From Candidatus Methylomirabilis limnetica (GTDB taxonomy: Bacteria > Methylomirabilota > Methylomirabilia > Methylomirabilales > Methylomirabilaceae): a stretch of 32,000 nt of DNA. The stretch covers positions 30,001-62,000 of the forward strand of contig NZ_NVQC01000015.1 of NCBI RefSeq assembly GCF_003044035.1, in the 5' to 3' direction. This document shows positions 8,221 to 16,863 of this stretch, in pieces (the first letter of the stretch is position 1; the number at the start of each line of letters is the position of its first letter). A program made the translations under genes and the position numbers. A model generated the notes under the pieces. The model had not been told where the DNA came from, did no database searches, and saw only the letters and a program-made list of their open reading frames with translations.

Positions 8221-8559
8221 ATGAGGCGGAGACTTGCAGCAGCAGCATTGATCCTGGGTGCGGTAGCTTTCGTGGGAACTGGTGTCTCTTGGGCTGAAAA
8301 GTCCCATCTGGTAGAGGCGACCGAGCATACCCAGGCAGCCGTCGAGCACGGCAAAGCGGGGCATGCAGATGTGTTAGCAACGCACGCGACGGAAGCCTTG
8401 AAGCATGCCGAGGCAGCCGAGAAGGCAAAGGCCAATCCTCATACGGCTGCGGCTATTAAGGAATTGAAGGGGGCCGTTGAGCACGGCAAGGCGAATCACG
8501 CCGATATCGCGACCAAGGCCGCTGAGGGGGCGCTCGGACACCTCAAAGCAGTAAAGTAA
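8221..8559 (+). CDS. smbP: Small metal-binding protein (SmbP-like), secreted
   Basis: AGGAGG precedes the ATG. Signal peptide ends ...GTGVSWA. The mature part is all helical, His-rich and repetitive (VEHGKAGHADV ... VEHGKANHADI, KHAEAAEKAK), closely resembling my recollection of Nitrosomonas europaea SmbP. Confidence 0.75.
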   Translation: MRRRLAAAALILGAVAFVGTGVSWAEKSHLVEATEHTQAAVEHGKAGHADVLATHATEALKHAEAAEKAKANPHTAAAIKELKGAVEHGKANHADIATKAAEGALGHLKAVK

Positions 8560-8589
8560 GAACGCCTCTCTACTCGATTCGAGAGAGAT

Positions 8590-8630
8590 GCAATGGGCAA
8601 GAAGGTCTCCTTCCTGCCCATTGCCTTTTT
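8590..8630 (+). terminator. Rho-independent terminator after the SmbP-like gene
   Basis: GCAATGGGCAAGAAGG-tct-CCTTCCTGCCCATTGC (one mismatch) is followed by CTTTTT. Confidence 0.7.
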
Positions 8631-8646
8631 CATGGCTCATAGCAGG

Positions 8647-8830
8647 AGGTGGGGTGGCTTTATCCCTACCCCCCACCTTAATCCTCCCCCTCAAGGGGGG
8701 AGGAGGTCTGAGAGGGAATCCTCCCCTCGGAGGGGGGATGGGCGTAAGGCGTGAGGGGTAGGAGGAGGTCAAAAGTGTGGGTGGATCTGCCCCTTCCCCC
8801 CTGCGAGGGGGAAGGTTAGGATGGGGGGCC
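8647..8830. repeat. Cluster of G/C-run hairpins (REP-like) between convergent smbP and metH
   Basis: AGGTGGGG...CCCCACCT; CCTCCCCC-tcaa-GGGGGGAGG; ATCCTCCCC-tcgg-AGGGGGGAT; CCTTCCCCC-ctgcga-GGGGGAAGG. These produce the Pro/Gly-rich artefact ORF 8374-8847. Confidence 0.7.
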
Positions 8831-8867
8831 GAAGCTGTAATCCACACCGTCCCGCCATGAGCCCTTT

Positions 8868-11800
8868 TTATTGGCCCGCGGAATCCGGATCATAATTCAG
8901 GTTCGGCGAAAGCCAGCGCTCAACCGTCCGCACATCCATCTGCTTGCGCCTGGCGTAGTCCAACACCTGATCCCGTCCGACTTTTCCGACCGCAAAGTAG
9001 ATCGCCTCAGGATGGGAAAAGTAGAACCCGCTCACCGAGCTGGCCGGAACCATCGCGCAATTGTCTGTCAGGTACATACCGGCGTTGCGCTCCGCTTGTA
9101 GAAGATCGAAGAGCATTTGTTTCTCAGAGTGATCCGGACAGGCTGGATAGCCAGGAGCAGGACGGATCCCACGATACCTCTCTCGGATCAGATCCTCGTT
9201 GCTGAGCTGTTCTCCGACTCCATACCCCCACTCTGCTCGAACCCGGCGATGCAGGCATTCCGTGAAGGCCTCCGCCAGGCGATCGGCCAACGCTTTGGCT
9301 AGAATAGAGGTATAGTCGTCATAGGAGGCTTCATATCGCTTGCAGAGGACATCGAGCCCGTGGCCGGTCGTCACGGCAAACGCGCCGAGATGGTCCGGGA
9401 GTCCGGTCGATCTGGGCGCGATAAAATCGGCCAGCGCCAGATTACACTGCCCTTCGGCCTTGTGTAGTTGCTGACGGAGGGTGTGAAAGGTCGCCAGCAC
9501 CTGCGACCGCGAGTCATCCGTGTAGAGTTCAATATCGTCGTCCACGCTGTTCGCCGGGAAGAACCCATAGACCGCCCGCGCGGTGAGCCAGCGCTGGCTG
9601 ACAATTTGCTCCAGCAAGCGCTGGCCATCCTCGAACAGCTCCATGGCTTTGGGCTTCTGTAAGATCTCAGGGTACCGGCCCCGCACCTCCCACGCATGAA
9701 AGAACGGCGTCCAATCAATCAATGGCACGATCTGGTCGAGCGGAAACTCGTCCAGCACGCGGATACCAGTGAAGGACGGCTTTGGGATGTCTGCTACCCC
9801 CCAATCAATGGGGTGTTTCCGGTCTCGCGCCTGGGTAAGCGTGAGCAACGCCCTCAGATCGCGGTCTTGGTGCGCTTGTCTCACCCGCTCCTGGTCAACT
9901 CGATTGCTTTCGACAAACGCCGATCGCTGTTCCTGGCTTAAGAGATGACCGACGACCCCCACGGCCCGGGAGGCATCCGAGACGTGGACCACCGGCTGGT
10001 CATAGAGTGGAGCGATTTTCACGGCCGTATGGGTTCTGCTGGTAGTCGCGCCGCCGATCAAGAGCGGAACGTGAAGCCCTTCTCGCATCAGCTCCCGCGC
10101 TACGTGCGCCATCTCATCGAGCGACGGGGTGATCAGCCCGCTCAGACCAATAATATCCACCTGTTGTTCCCGGGCGGTCTTGAGGATCGTGTCGCACGGC
10201 ACCATCACCCCCAGGTCGATAATCTCATAGTTGTTGCATCCGAGCACGACCCCGACAATATTCTTGCCGATATCGTGCACATCTCCCTTCACGGTGGCCA
10301 TGAGGACTTTCCGCTGTTTGCGCTTACTGTCAGATGCCAGGTGCGCGGCCTCAATAAAGGGTAGGAGGTAGGCCACCGCCCTTTTCATGACACGCGCGGT
10401 TTTGATCACCTGCGGCAAGAACATCTGCCCGGAGCCGAAGAGTTGGCCGACGAGGTTCATGCCGGCCATTAGCGGACCCTCAATGACCTGAAGCGGCCTG
10501 TCATACTGCTGCCGCGCTTCTTCCACGTCCGACTCGATATACTCCACGATCCCCTTCACCAACGCATGTGTGAGCCGTTCTTCGACCGTTCCCCGTCGCC
10601 AGGCCTCGTCTTTGCCGGCAACCTGACCCTGCTGTGTCACAGTCTCCGCAAACCTCACCAGCCGATCGGTCGCATCGGAACGACGGTTGAGCAGCACGTC
10701 TTCAACCAGCTCGAGCAGGTCCTTGGGAATCTCCTCGTAGACCGTCAGTTGCCCGGCATTCACGATCCCCATATCCAGGCCGGCCTGGATGGCATGGTAT
10801 AGGAATGCCGAGTGCATCGCCTCGCGGATCAGATTGTTCCCACGAAACGAGAACGAAATGTTACTGATCCCGCCGCTGACCTTGCAGTGAAGCAGGTTGG
10901 CCTTGATCCAGCGGCATGCCTCGATGAAGTTGACCGCGTAGTTGTTATGCTCCTCAAGCCCGGTCGCCACCGTCAGAATGTTCGGATCGAAGATGATGTC
11001 TTGTGGTGGCAACCCGGCCGTCTCGGTCAGAATCCGGTATGCGCGGGCACAGATCTCGATCTTGCGCTGTAGTGTATCGGCCTGCCCAAGCTCATCGAAG
11101 GCCATGACCACGACCGCAGCCCCATATCGTTTGATGAGCCGGGCCCGCTGGATGAACACCTGTTCGCCCTCTTTGAGGCTGAGTGAGTTCACCACCGGCT
11201 TGCCCTGTACGCACTTCAGCCCCGCCTCAATCACCGACCAGTCGGAGCTATCGATCATGATGGGCACCCGCGCAATGTCAGGCTCGGTGGCGACCAGGTG
11301 CAGAAACGTCACCATCGCCTCTTTCGAGTCCAGCATGCCCTCATCCATGTTGACATCGATGATCTGGGCGCCGCCCTCGACCTGTTGGCGCGCTACGGAG
11401 ACGGCGGCCTCGTACTCGCCGTTCCGAATGAGCTTGGCAAACATCGTGGACCCGCTGACATTGGTCCGCTCCCCGATATTAACGAAACCCACGCCGGGAC
11501 AAACCGTCAATGGCTCCAGACCGCTTAATCGGGTGTGCGGCTGAGGTTGAGGGGGAATGCGCGGCTGAAAGTCCTGCACTGCCGTCGCAATCGCCTCAAT
11601 ATGAGCCGGGGTCGTGCCGCAGCAGCCACCGACGATGTTGAGCCAGCCGCTCCTCGCAAAGTCGCTCAGGTCAGCAGCCATGATGGCCGGTGTTTCATCG
11701 AACCCCCCGAACGCGTTGGGTAAGCCGGCGTTGGGATAGCAGCTCAGGAGTACCGGGGCAATCTGAGCGAGCTCCTCGACGTACGGGCGCATCTGCTTCG

Positions 11801-12560
11801 CCCCAAGCGCGCAGTTGATGCCTACCGAGAGCAGCGGCATGTGGGCAATGGAGTTCCAAAAAGCTTCTACCGTTTGCCCGGCGAGCGTGCGACCGCTACG
11901 ATCCGTAATGGTCACCGAGACCATGACCGGTACGCGTCGGCCAAGTTCCTCGAGGTACTGATCGATGGCAAACAGCGCGGCCTTACCGTTCAGCGTGTCA
12001 AAGATCGTCTCTACCAACAGGATATCCACTCCGCCGTCCAGGAGCCCACGGACCTGCTCGGTATAGGCTGCGACCAACTGATCGAAGGTAACGGCACGGA
12101 AGGCAGCGTTATGGAGATCGGGCGACATCGATGCCGTGCGATTCGTCGGACCGATCGCGCCGGCCACGAAGCGCGGGCGGCTCGGGTCTGTCGCCATCAC
12201 TGCCAGGGCGGCTTTGCGCGCTGCTCTCGCGCCGGCGACATTCAGGTCATAGGCCAGCGATTCCAACCGATAATCCGCCATCGAGATCGACGTGGAATTG
12301 AACGTGTTGGTTTCGATGATATCGGCGCCAGCTTCCAGATACTGGCGATGAATCGCCTCAATGATGGCCGGCTGCGTGATGGACAGCAGGTCGTTGCACC
12401 CCTTGAGATCGCAGGGGTGGTTGGCAAATGGTTGCCCCCGAAAGTCGGCTTCCTCCAGCTTATGCGCTTGAATCATCGTACCCATCGCGCCGTCAAGAAT
12501 GACGATGCGACGCCGCAACATCTGCTCAAACGCTATCAACCGATCTGACGCTTCAGTCAT
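8868..12560 (-). CDS. metH: Cobalamin-dependent methionine synthase
   Basis: About 1230 aa with all modules present: a homocysteine-binding N-terminus, a pterin-binding region, the cobalamin motif [15 protein letters not shown] (DxHxxG), and a C-terminal AdoMet-activation domain. ATG 12560 (MTEASDR...) is preferred; GTG 12578 is possible. Confidence 0.95.
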   Translation of the reverse strand: MTEASDRLIAFEQMLRRRIVILDGAMGTMIQAHKLEEADFRGQPFANHPCDLKGCNDLLSITQPAIIEAIHRQYLEAGADIIETNTFNSTSISMADYRLESLAYDLNVAGARAARKAALAVMATDPSRPRFVAGAIGPTNRTASMSPDLHNAAFRAVTFDQLVAAYTEQVRGLLDGGVDILLVETIFDTLNGKAALFAIDQYLEELGRRVPVMVSVTITDRSGRTLAGQTVEAFWNSIAHMPLLSVGINCALGAKQMRPYVEELAQIAPVLLSCYPNAGLPNAFGGFDETPAIMAADLSDFARSGWLNIVGGCCGTTPAHIEAIATAVQDFQPRIPPQPQPHTRLSGLEPLTVCPGVGFVNIGERTNVSGSTMFAKLIRNGEYEAAVSVARQQVEGGAQIIDVNMDEGMLDSKEAMVTFLHLVATEPDIARVPIMIDSSDWSVIEAGLKCVQGKPVVNSLSLKEGEQVFIQRARLIKRYGAAVVVMAFDELGQADTLQRKIEICARAYRILTETAGLPPQDIIFDPNILTVATGLEEHNNYAVNFIEACRWIKANLLHCKVSGGISNISFSFRGNNLIREAMHSAFLYHAIQAGLDMGIVNAGQLTVYEEIPKDLLELVEDVLLNRRSDATDRLVRFAETVTQQGQVAGKDEAWRRGTVEERLTHALVKGIVEYIESDVEEARQQYDRPLQVIEGPLMAGMNLVGQLFGSGQMFLPQVIKTARVMKRAVAYLLPFIEAAHLASDSKRKQRKVLMATVKGDVHDIGKNIVGVVLGCNNYEIIDLGVMVPCDTILKTAREQQVDIIGLSGLITPSLDEMAHVARELMREGLHVPLLIGGATTSRTHTAVKIAPLYDQPVVHVSDASRAVGVVGHLLSQEQRSAFVESNRVDQERVRQAHQDRDLRALLTLTQARDRKHPIDWGVADIPKPSFTGIRVLDEFPLDQIVPLIDWTPFFHAWEVRGRYPEILQKPKAMELFEDGQRLLEQIVSQRWLTARAVYGFFPANSVDDDIELYTDDSRSQVLATFHTLRQQLHKAEGQCNLALADFIAPRSTGLPDHLGAFAVTTGHGLDVLCKRYEASYDDYTSILAKALADRLAEAFTECLHRRVRAEWGYGVGEQLSNEDLIRERYRGIRPAPGYPACPDHSEKQMLFDLLQAERNAGMYLTDNCAMVPASSVSGFYFSHPEAIYFAVGKVGRDQVLDYARRKQMDVRTVERWLSPNLNYDPDSAGQ

Positions 12561-12648
12561 TTGAATGCCATACCTCACATCTGCTCAGCTCTCCGCTGCC
12601 CATTTCGCCCACAACCGTCACCAGCGCCCCCGCAAGTCAAGCGTGCTC

Positions 12649-12677
12649 ACTATACTGGATTCTCCCAGTCCTCGCAA
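12649..12677 (-). promoter_or_regulatory. Candidate sigma70 promoter for metH
   Basis: Read on the minus strand: TTGCGA (12677-12672), a 17-nt spacer, then TATAGT (12654-12649). This would give a leader of about 80 nt. Confidence 0.45.
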
Positions 12678-12726
12678 GGCGAGCCCTTTGGGCATCCATG
12701 GTCAGTTGCGTGATCGGATCGGAAGC

Positions 12727-12764
12727 GTGCAAGCCTTGCACTTTCTCCTGCAGCAAGCTAGAAT
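12727..12764 (+). promoter_or_regulatory. Candidate sigma70 promoter with overlapping perfect palindrome (possible operator)
   Basis: TTGCAC (12736-12741), a 17-nt spacer, then TAGAAT (12759-12764). The palindrome GTGCAAG-c-CTTGCAC (12727-12741) covers the -35 element. It sits 11 nt upstream of the relic ATG at 12775. Confidence 0.45.
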
Positions 12765-12774
12765 ACGTCACCTC

Positions 12775-12872
12775 ATGATCTATCTCGACCATAATGTAAC
12801 GTCTCCGGTACTACCGGAGGTGCTGGAACGGTGACGCCGTTATTCACTTTAGAACAACACGGACAGAGGAGA
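12775..12872 (+). pseudogene. 5' stub of a NifS/IscS-type cysteine desulfurase gene (about 32 codons, frameshifted, remainder missing)
   Basis: MIYLDHNVTSPVLPEVLER* matches the canonical N-terminus (xIYLDxNATTPvxPeVleAM). After a 1-nt frame change the next frame reads VTPLFTLEQHGQ, compare MLPFFTEQFGN in NifS. Similarity then stops at the porin SD/ATG. Confidence 0.55.
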
Positions 12873-12875
12873 ATC

Positions 12876-14360
12876 ATGGTTCATAGAAGTTGGTGGGTTC
12901 GCGGTGTCGTCTTGGGCAGCGCCTTGCTGCTCGCCCCTGCTCCCGCGTGGGCCGATAAGCTCACAGAGCTCGAGCAGGTATTTGAGACGCAGCAGAAGTC
13001 GCTGCAGCAGTTGCAGCAGGAGATGCACCGCCTGCGGCAAGACCGGACCGCGCAACAAGCAGAGATCGACAGGCGCGTGATGGAGGTGGAGAAGAAGGCC
13101 GCAGATGCCGCAGCCTCGTCACTGCTCACCGGGTATGAGCCCGGAAAAGGGTTCTTCCTGAAGTCAGCCGATGGCCAGTTCCGACTGAACCTGAGCGGGT
13201 ACGTCCAGACTTGGATGCAAGTGGAAGGGGCGCGAAATGAAGAAGAGTTCCCCGCTGGATTGACGGCAGCAGGGCTGGCACGGCACGACCCGAGCACATT
13301 TCGGCTGCGCCGCACTCGACTCGTCGTGAGCGGCCAGATCTTCAATGACTTTGGCTTCTACATCGAGTCAGAGACCGCAAGCGGTTCCATCGGCACGCGG
13401 CTCCAACAGGGCTGGGGCAGCTACACATATGCGCCGTGGGCAAAGGTGACCGTAGGGCAGTACAAGCCCCGATTCGGTCTCGAGATGCTCACCTCCTCTC
13501 GGGGCCTGGACTTCGCCGAGCGGGCGGTCATCTCCAGGGCGCTGTCCCCGGACCAGCAGCTTGGGGCCACCGTCGAGGGCAATCTGAAACTCGCCAACAT
13601 GCCTGTCTACTACGGGGTGGGGATCTATAACGGCTGCGGCCGGGTCGATCAGTGCCCCATAGACAACGACGGTGATAAAGAGTTCACCGGTCGAGTGGCC
13701 TTTTCACCCCCTATGCCCTTCGGAACTCTCACCATCGGTCTGAATGTCGATCAGCGAGAATTTCGGCTTGTGAGGGGTAATGGCGCTACCGATGCGAACG
13801 GCGTGACGAGGGTCGTCGGCGGCTTTGAGAACTTCAACCCGGTTGGTCCGACCGGCGTCAGGCTGGCTGGCAACGGCGTCGGCGGGACCCAGAACGGCTT
13901 TCGGATCAACGGAGATCGAATTACTGGCGGCGGCGACATCGTGTTCGACTTCTACCCGTTTGTGATCAAGGGTGAGTACGCCTACGCCTCACAGGATCGT
14001 GACGGATTGGATGTTGGCGGTGGCAATCTCGAGAACCTTATCGTGCAGGGTGGGTATGGGTCGATCGGGTACTGGATCTTCGGCAATAAGCGCAATGGTT
14101 TACTGACCAACCTCCGCTACGAGCACGTGCGCGTCGATGATAACAGCGGGGGATTTAATAAGGCTTTGGGCACCGTAGAGCAGCCGATGGAGTTGCGTTC
14201 TGGGACCGTAGGTCTGGCATGGTACATCAACCCCAGCGTCCGGCTGCGAGGGAACTACATTATCACCGACCTCGCCCAAAAGCAGAATATCGTCGGGATG
14301 AGCAATAGTTCCGGCGGTAACGCTCATCAAGGGATCGCCGAGCTGATGGTCCAGTTCTAA
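12876..14360 (+). CDS. Outer-membrane porin, OprO/OprP (Porin_O_P)-like, with N-terminal coiled coil
   Basis: AGAGGAG lies 5 nt before ATG 12876. Signal peptide ends ...APAPAWA. A coiled coil follows (DKLTELEQVFETQQKSLQQLQQEMHRLRQ...), then alternating beta-strand patterns. The C-terminus is GIAELMVQF with terminal Phe. Confidence 0.8.
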   Translation: MVHRSWWVRGVVLGSALLLAPAPAWADKLTELEQVFETQQKSLQQLQQEMHRLRQDRTAQQAEIDRRVMEVEKKAADAAASSLLTGYEPGKGFFLKSADGQFRLNLSGYVQTWMQVEGARNEEEFPAGLTAAGLARHDPSTFRLRRTRLVVSGQIFNDFGFYIESETASGSIGTRLQQGWGSYTYAPWAKVTVGQYKPRFGLEMLTSSRGLDFAERAVISRALSPDQQLGATVEGNLKLANMPVYYGVGIYNGCGRVDQCPIDNDGDKEFTGRVAFSPPMPFGTLTIGLNVDQREFRLVRGNGATDANGVTRVVGGFENFNPVGPTGVRLAGNGVGGTQNGFRINGDRITGGGDIVFDFYPFVIKGEYAYASQDRDGLDVGGGNLENLIVQGGYGSIGYWIFGNKRNGLLTNLRYEHVRVDDNSGGFNKALGTVEQPMELRSGTVGLAWYINPSVRLRGNYIITDLAQKQNIVGMSNSSGGNAHQGIAELMVQF

Positions 14361-14524
14361 GCCGCACCTGTGTGTGGCAGGTTTCAGCCGGAGTTCGGCG
14401 TGGTGAAACCTAGGGTGACGCTGAGGTATTCGCCGAATAGGTGGCAGAATTGATCCTGGTACGGCCGCACGGAGAGAAGATATCAAGGCGGCAGTGTCAG
14501 CGATCAAATGTGCAACCGCAACAC

Positions 14525-14665
14525 CCCAGAACAGCGATAGAAAGTTGTCATTGCGAACGCAGTGAAGCAATCTCGCATTGTTGTACTGAGATTGCCGCGC
14601 ACCCTGCGGGTGCTCGCAATGACGGTAAGAATCGGGTAGTTGCGAAGTCTATCGCTGTTCTTGGG
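14525..14665. repeat. MITE-like nested palindromic element (about 141 bp)
   Basis: Terminal inverted repeats are AGAACAGCGATAGA (14528-14541) and TCTATCGCTGTTCT (14648-14661). Inner pairs are GTCATTGCGA/TCGCAATGAC, GCAATCTC/GAGATTGC and GCACCC-tgc-GGGTGC. It contains the common 'cattgcgaacgcagtgaagcaatc'-type motif. Confidence 0.6.
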
Positions 14666-15322
14666 TACGTGGTTGTGGGCGCGTTTAGGCTGTGGTGGAG
14701 TGACTGTGTAGTATTGGAGGTGCGGATTTGCCAGCTCCACAACCTGCAAATCTCCAAAGAGAGGCGGGTGCGGTGCCAGTCGGGATTGGCAGCAAGCAGC
14801 TATCGGATTTGCTGAACATTTACGGTTATGGATTGCTCCATGCCGTGGCAGATCACATTAAAAAACGCGTGAGTCCAGCAAAAATGAAGAGGTTAATGAA
14901 ACTTTTTTAAGGAGTATTCCGTCAGGAAGAAATCTCACCTGTTTTCTTGCTCCATGCTCAGCAACGGCAAATTATGTGCCGGACAGTATTGGGTCTGGCC
15001 CTATTTTCCTATTTTCGCCCATCCCTCGCCTCGTTTCCCGCTTGCCTGCCAGTCCGTTTCCCGCTATTATTGGGATAAGCCATCTGGGTTACCACCTTTC
15101 GGATCGACCGATTTCGCTTTCAGCCAATCCTACCAAGGCTCCCAGATGATTTTTCACTCACATTTCATCGCCATCGCGCAAAATTCAGGTAAGATGTATG
15201 TGGGTGGCCCCAGTGGCCATGACAATTCCTTGGTTGTTTTCGCCACCGGTAAGCTACACGCAGGCACAGTAAGGTCTAATGCATCAGCATTCGTTCCTTG
15301 CGCGTAGCTTGAGGTGGTGGCT

Positions 15323-16021
15323 ATGAGAGCGAAAACTGGAAGTGCCAGGAAATGGCAAAATCGCGCCTATTTGACCGGCTTCTGTTTTGGACTTGCGATC
15401 CTGGCATTTACTGTAGTCCCCGTCGGGGAATGGTTTCATGCTAAAGGAACCATGAATACAGGCCACGGCAAACTTGCCTGCGGGGCTTGCCACAAAAACG
15501 CACCTGGCAGCTTCCGTCAGCAGATTCAGGCCAACCTGCGCCACGCCTTTGGCCGGCGCGAAGGGCCCGGCCCCTTCTTTGGACGACTTCCCGTGAGTAA
15601 TGAGAACTGCCTCTCCTGTCACGAGCGGCCCAATGACCGCCACCCGGTCTATCGCTTCCTCGAGCCCCGTTTCAGCCAGGCCCGGGAAAAGCTGCGCCCC
15701 CATCAGTGCGTCTCCTGCCACGCCGAGCACCAGGGCCGGCGTGTCACTTTGGCGGAGACCAACTATTGCGTTAACTGCCACAAGGATACCCGGTTAAAGA
15801 AAGATCCGATCGACGTGCCCCATGCGGACCTGATCGCCGCCAAGCAATGGGACTCCTGCCTGGGCTGCCACGACTTCCACGGCAACCACATCATGCAGGT
15901 CGAGAAATCGGTCGACAAGCGAACGCCGACAGAGAAAATCCGCGCCTATTTTGACGGCGGGCCCTCCCCTTACGGCACAACCCTCCACTACAAAGCAAAA
16001 CAGGATGGTCAAGATGGCTAA
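15323..16021 (+). CDS. Membrane-anchored pentaheme c-type cytochrome
   Basis: GAGGTGG precedes ATG 15323. N-terminal helix is AYLTGFCFGLAILAFTVVPV. There are five CXXCH motifs: CGACH, CLSCH, CVSCH, CVNCH and CLGCH, with extra distal His residues. Confidence 0.85.
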   Translation: MRAKTGSARKWQNRAYLTGFCFGLAILAFTVVPVGEWFHAKGTMNTGHGKLACGACHKNAPGSFRQQIQANLRHAFGRREGPGPFFGRLPVSNENCLSCHERPNDRHPVYRFLEPRFSQAREKLRPHQCVSCHAEHQGRRVTLAETNYCVNCHKDTRLKKDPIDVPHADLIAAKQWDSCLGCHDFHGNHIMQVEKSVDKRTPTEKIRAYFDGGPSPYGTTLHYKAKQDGQDG

Positions 16022-16853
16022 GCAACACTTCTGGATCGCCTGCCTGGCGCTGGGCGCCTTAAGCGTATACCTATTTGTCAGCGCCCCGCCGCCATTAGAA
16101 GAGAAGGCCACCGACGCGCCCATCCCGGTAGAACGGATGTTTGAAATTCTCAAGGTGGAAAACGACGTGGTGAGGGCGATGTGGACCAAGGAAGTTGTCG
16201 GCGCGGGTAAACAGAATGGCTTGAAGTTCGACGAGCGTTGGCGCGATGCGGACGTGGAGGCCGGCCCTTTGCCTGCGTTGTTTCTGCGCGAGACGGCGAG
16301 AAGTCTGGAAAAGAATCCGACGCCGCTCAGTCTGTTCCTAGGTTCTGACTATCCCATCAACTCGGCTAACCGCTTCGAGGGGCTGCAATTGGAAAAATTC
16401 CAGGTGGTCAAGCAAACCCTCAAGCCGCAATTCTTCTTCCTGCCAGACATTCAAATGAGGGTAGCCATGTTCAGCGATTTGGCGGTCGTCGAGGGCTGCA
16501 TCCAATGCCATAACAAGCACGAACAATCACCGAAGCACGATTGGAAGCTCAATGATGTGATGGGCGCGACCACTTGGATGTACCCAAGCGGCAGCGTGTC
16601 CATGGATGAGTTGCTCCGCACACTCGTAGCCTTACGCCAAGGCTTCAAGGAGGCCTACGAGTCTTACCTGGAAAAGGCGCAAAAATTCGCCAATCCCCCT
16701 GCCATTGGCGAACACTGGCCGGTCGAGGGTTATTTCCTGCCGAGCTCCGAGGTGTTCATGGGGGAAATTGCCAGGCGCACAGCCCCACAAACCTTGGCGG
16801 CGCTCAGTTCGCTGGCAAGCAAGCCCCAATCGGGGTCCGCAACGAACAAATAA
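16014..16853 (+). CDS. Membrane-anchored monoheme c protein, DUF3365/PAS-like heme-sensor type with a helical C-terminal extension
   Basis: ATG 16014 overlaps the stop of the upstream gene. Anchor helix is HFWIACLALGALSVYLFV. The single CIQCH sits in the context AMFSDLAVVEGCIQCHNKHEQSPKHDWKLNDVMGATTWMYP, which resembles the DUF3365 pattern as I recall it. Confidence 0.7.
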   Translation: MAKQHFWIACLALGALSVYLFVSAPPPLEEKATDAPIPVERMFEILKVENDVVRAMWTKEVVGAGKQNGLKFDERWRDADVEAGPLPALFLRETARSLEKNPTPLSLFLGSDYPINSANRFEGLQLEKFQVVKQTLKPQFFFLPDIQMRVAMFSDLAVVEGCIQCHNKHEQSPKHDWKLNDVMGATTWMYPSGSVSMDELLRTLVALRQGFKEAYESYLEKAQKFANPPAIGEHWPVEGYFLPSSEVFMGEIARRTAPQTLAALSSLASKPQSGSATNK

Positions 16854-16863
16854 GGGGGCTCCC

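Noticed and set aside
8374-8847. 157-aa minus-strand ORF rich in Pro/Gly/Arg
   Set aside because: It is a translation of the G-run/C-run hairpin repeat cluster and the antisense of smbP. There is no start context and no protein-like composition.
12561-12648. Riboswitch (SAH, SAM or cobalamin) in the ~80-nt metH leader
   Set aside because: I could only find a weak CGCTG...CAGCG pairing. None of the conserved cores I recall for SAH, SAM-I/II or B12 elements are present. This needs an Rfam scan before any claim.
12565-12834. 89-aa ORF treated as a real gene
   Set aside because: Only its last 19 codons (from ATG 12775) resemble a protein, namely the NifS/IscS N-terminus. The upstream 70 codons run across the metH promoter region, including the metH -10/-35 elements. 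It is reported instead as a pseudogene stub.
14954-15307. 117-aa plus-strand ORF upstream of the heme operon, and 14728-14910
   Set aside because: No SD and low third-position GC. Composition is odd (Cys/Trp/Phe/Ser-rich, no helices or motifs). It is more likely non-coding or decayed sequence.
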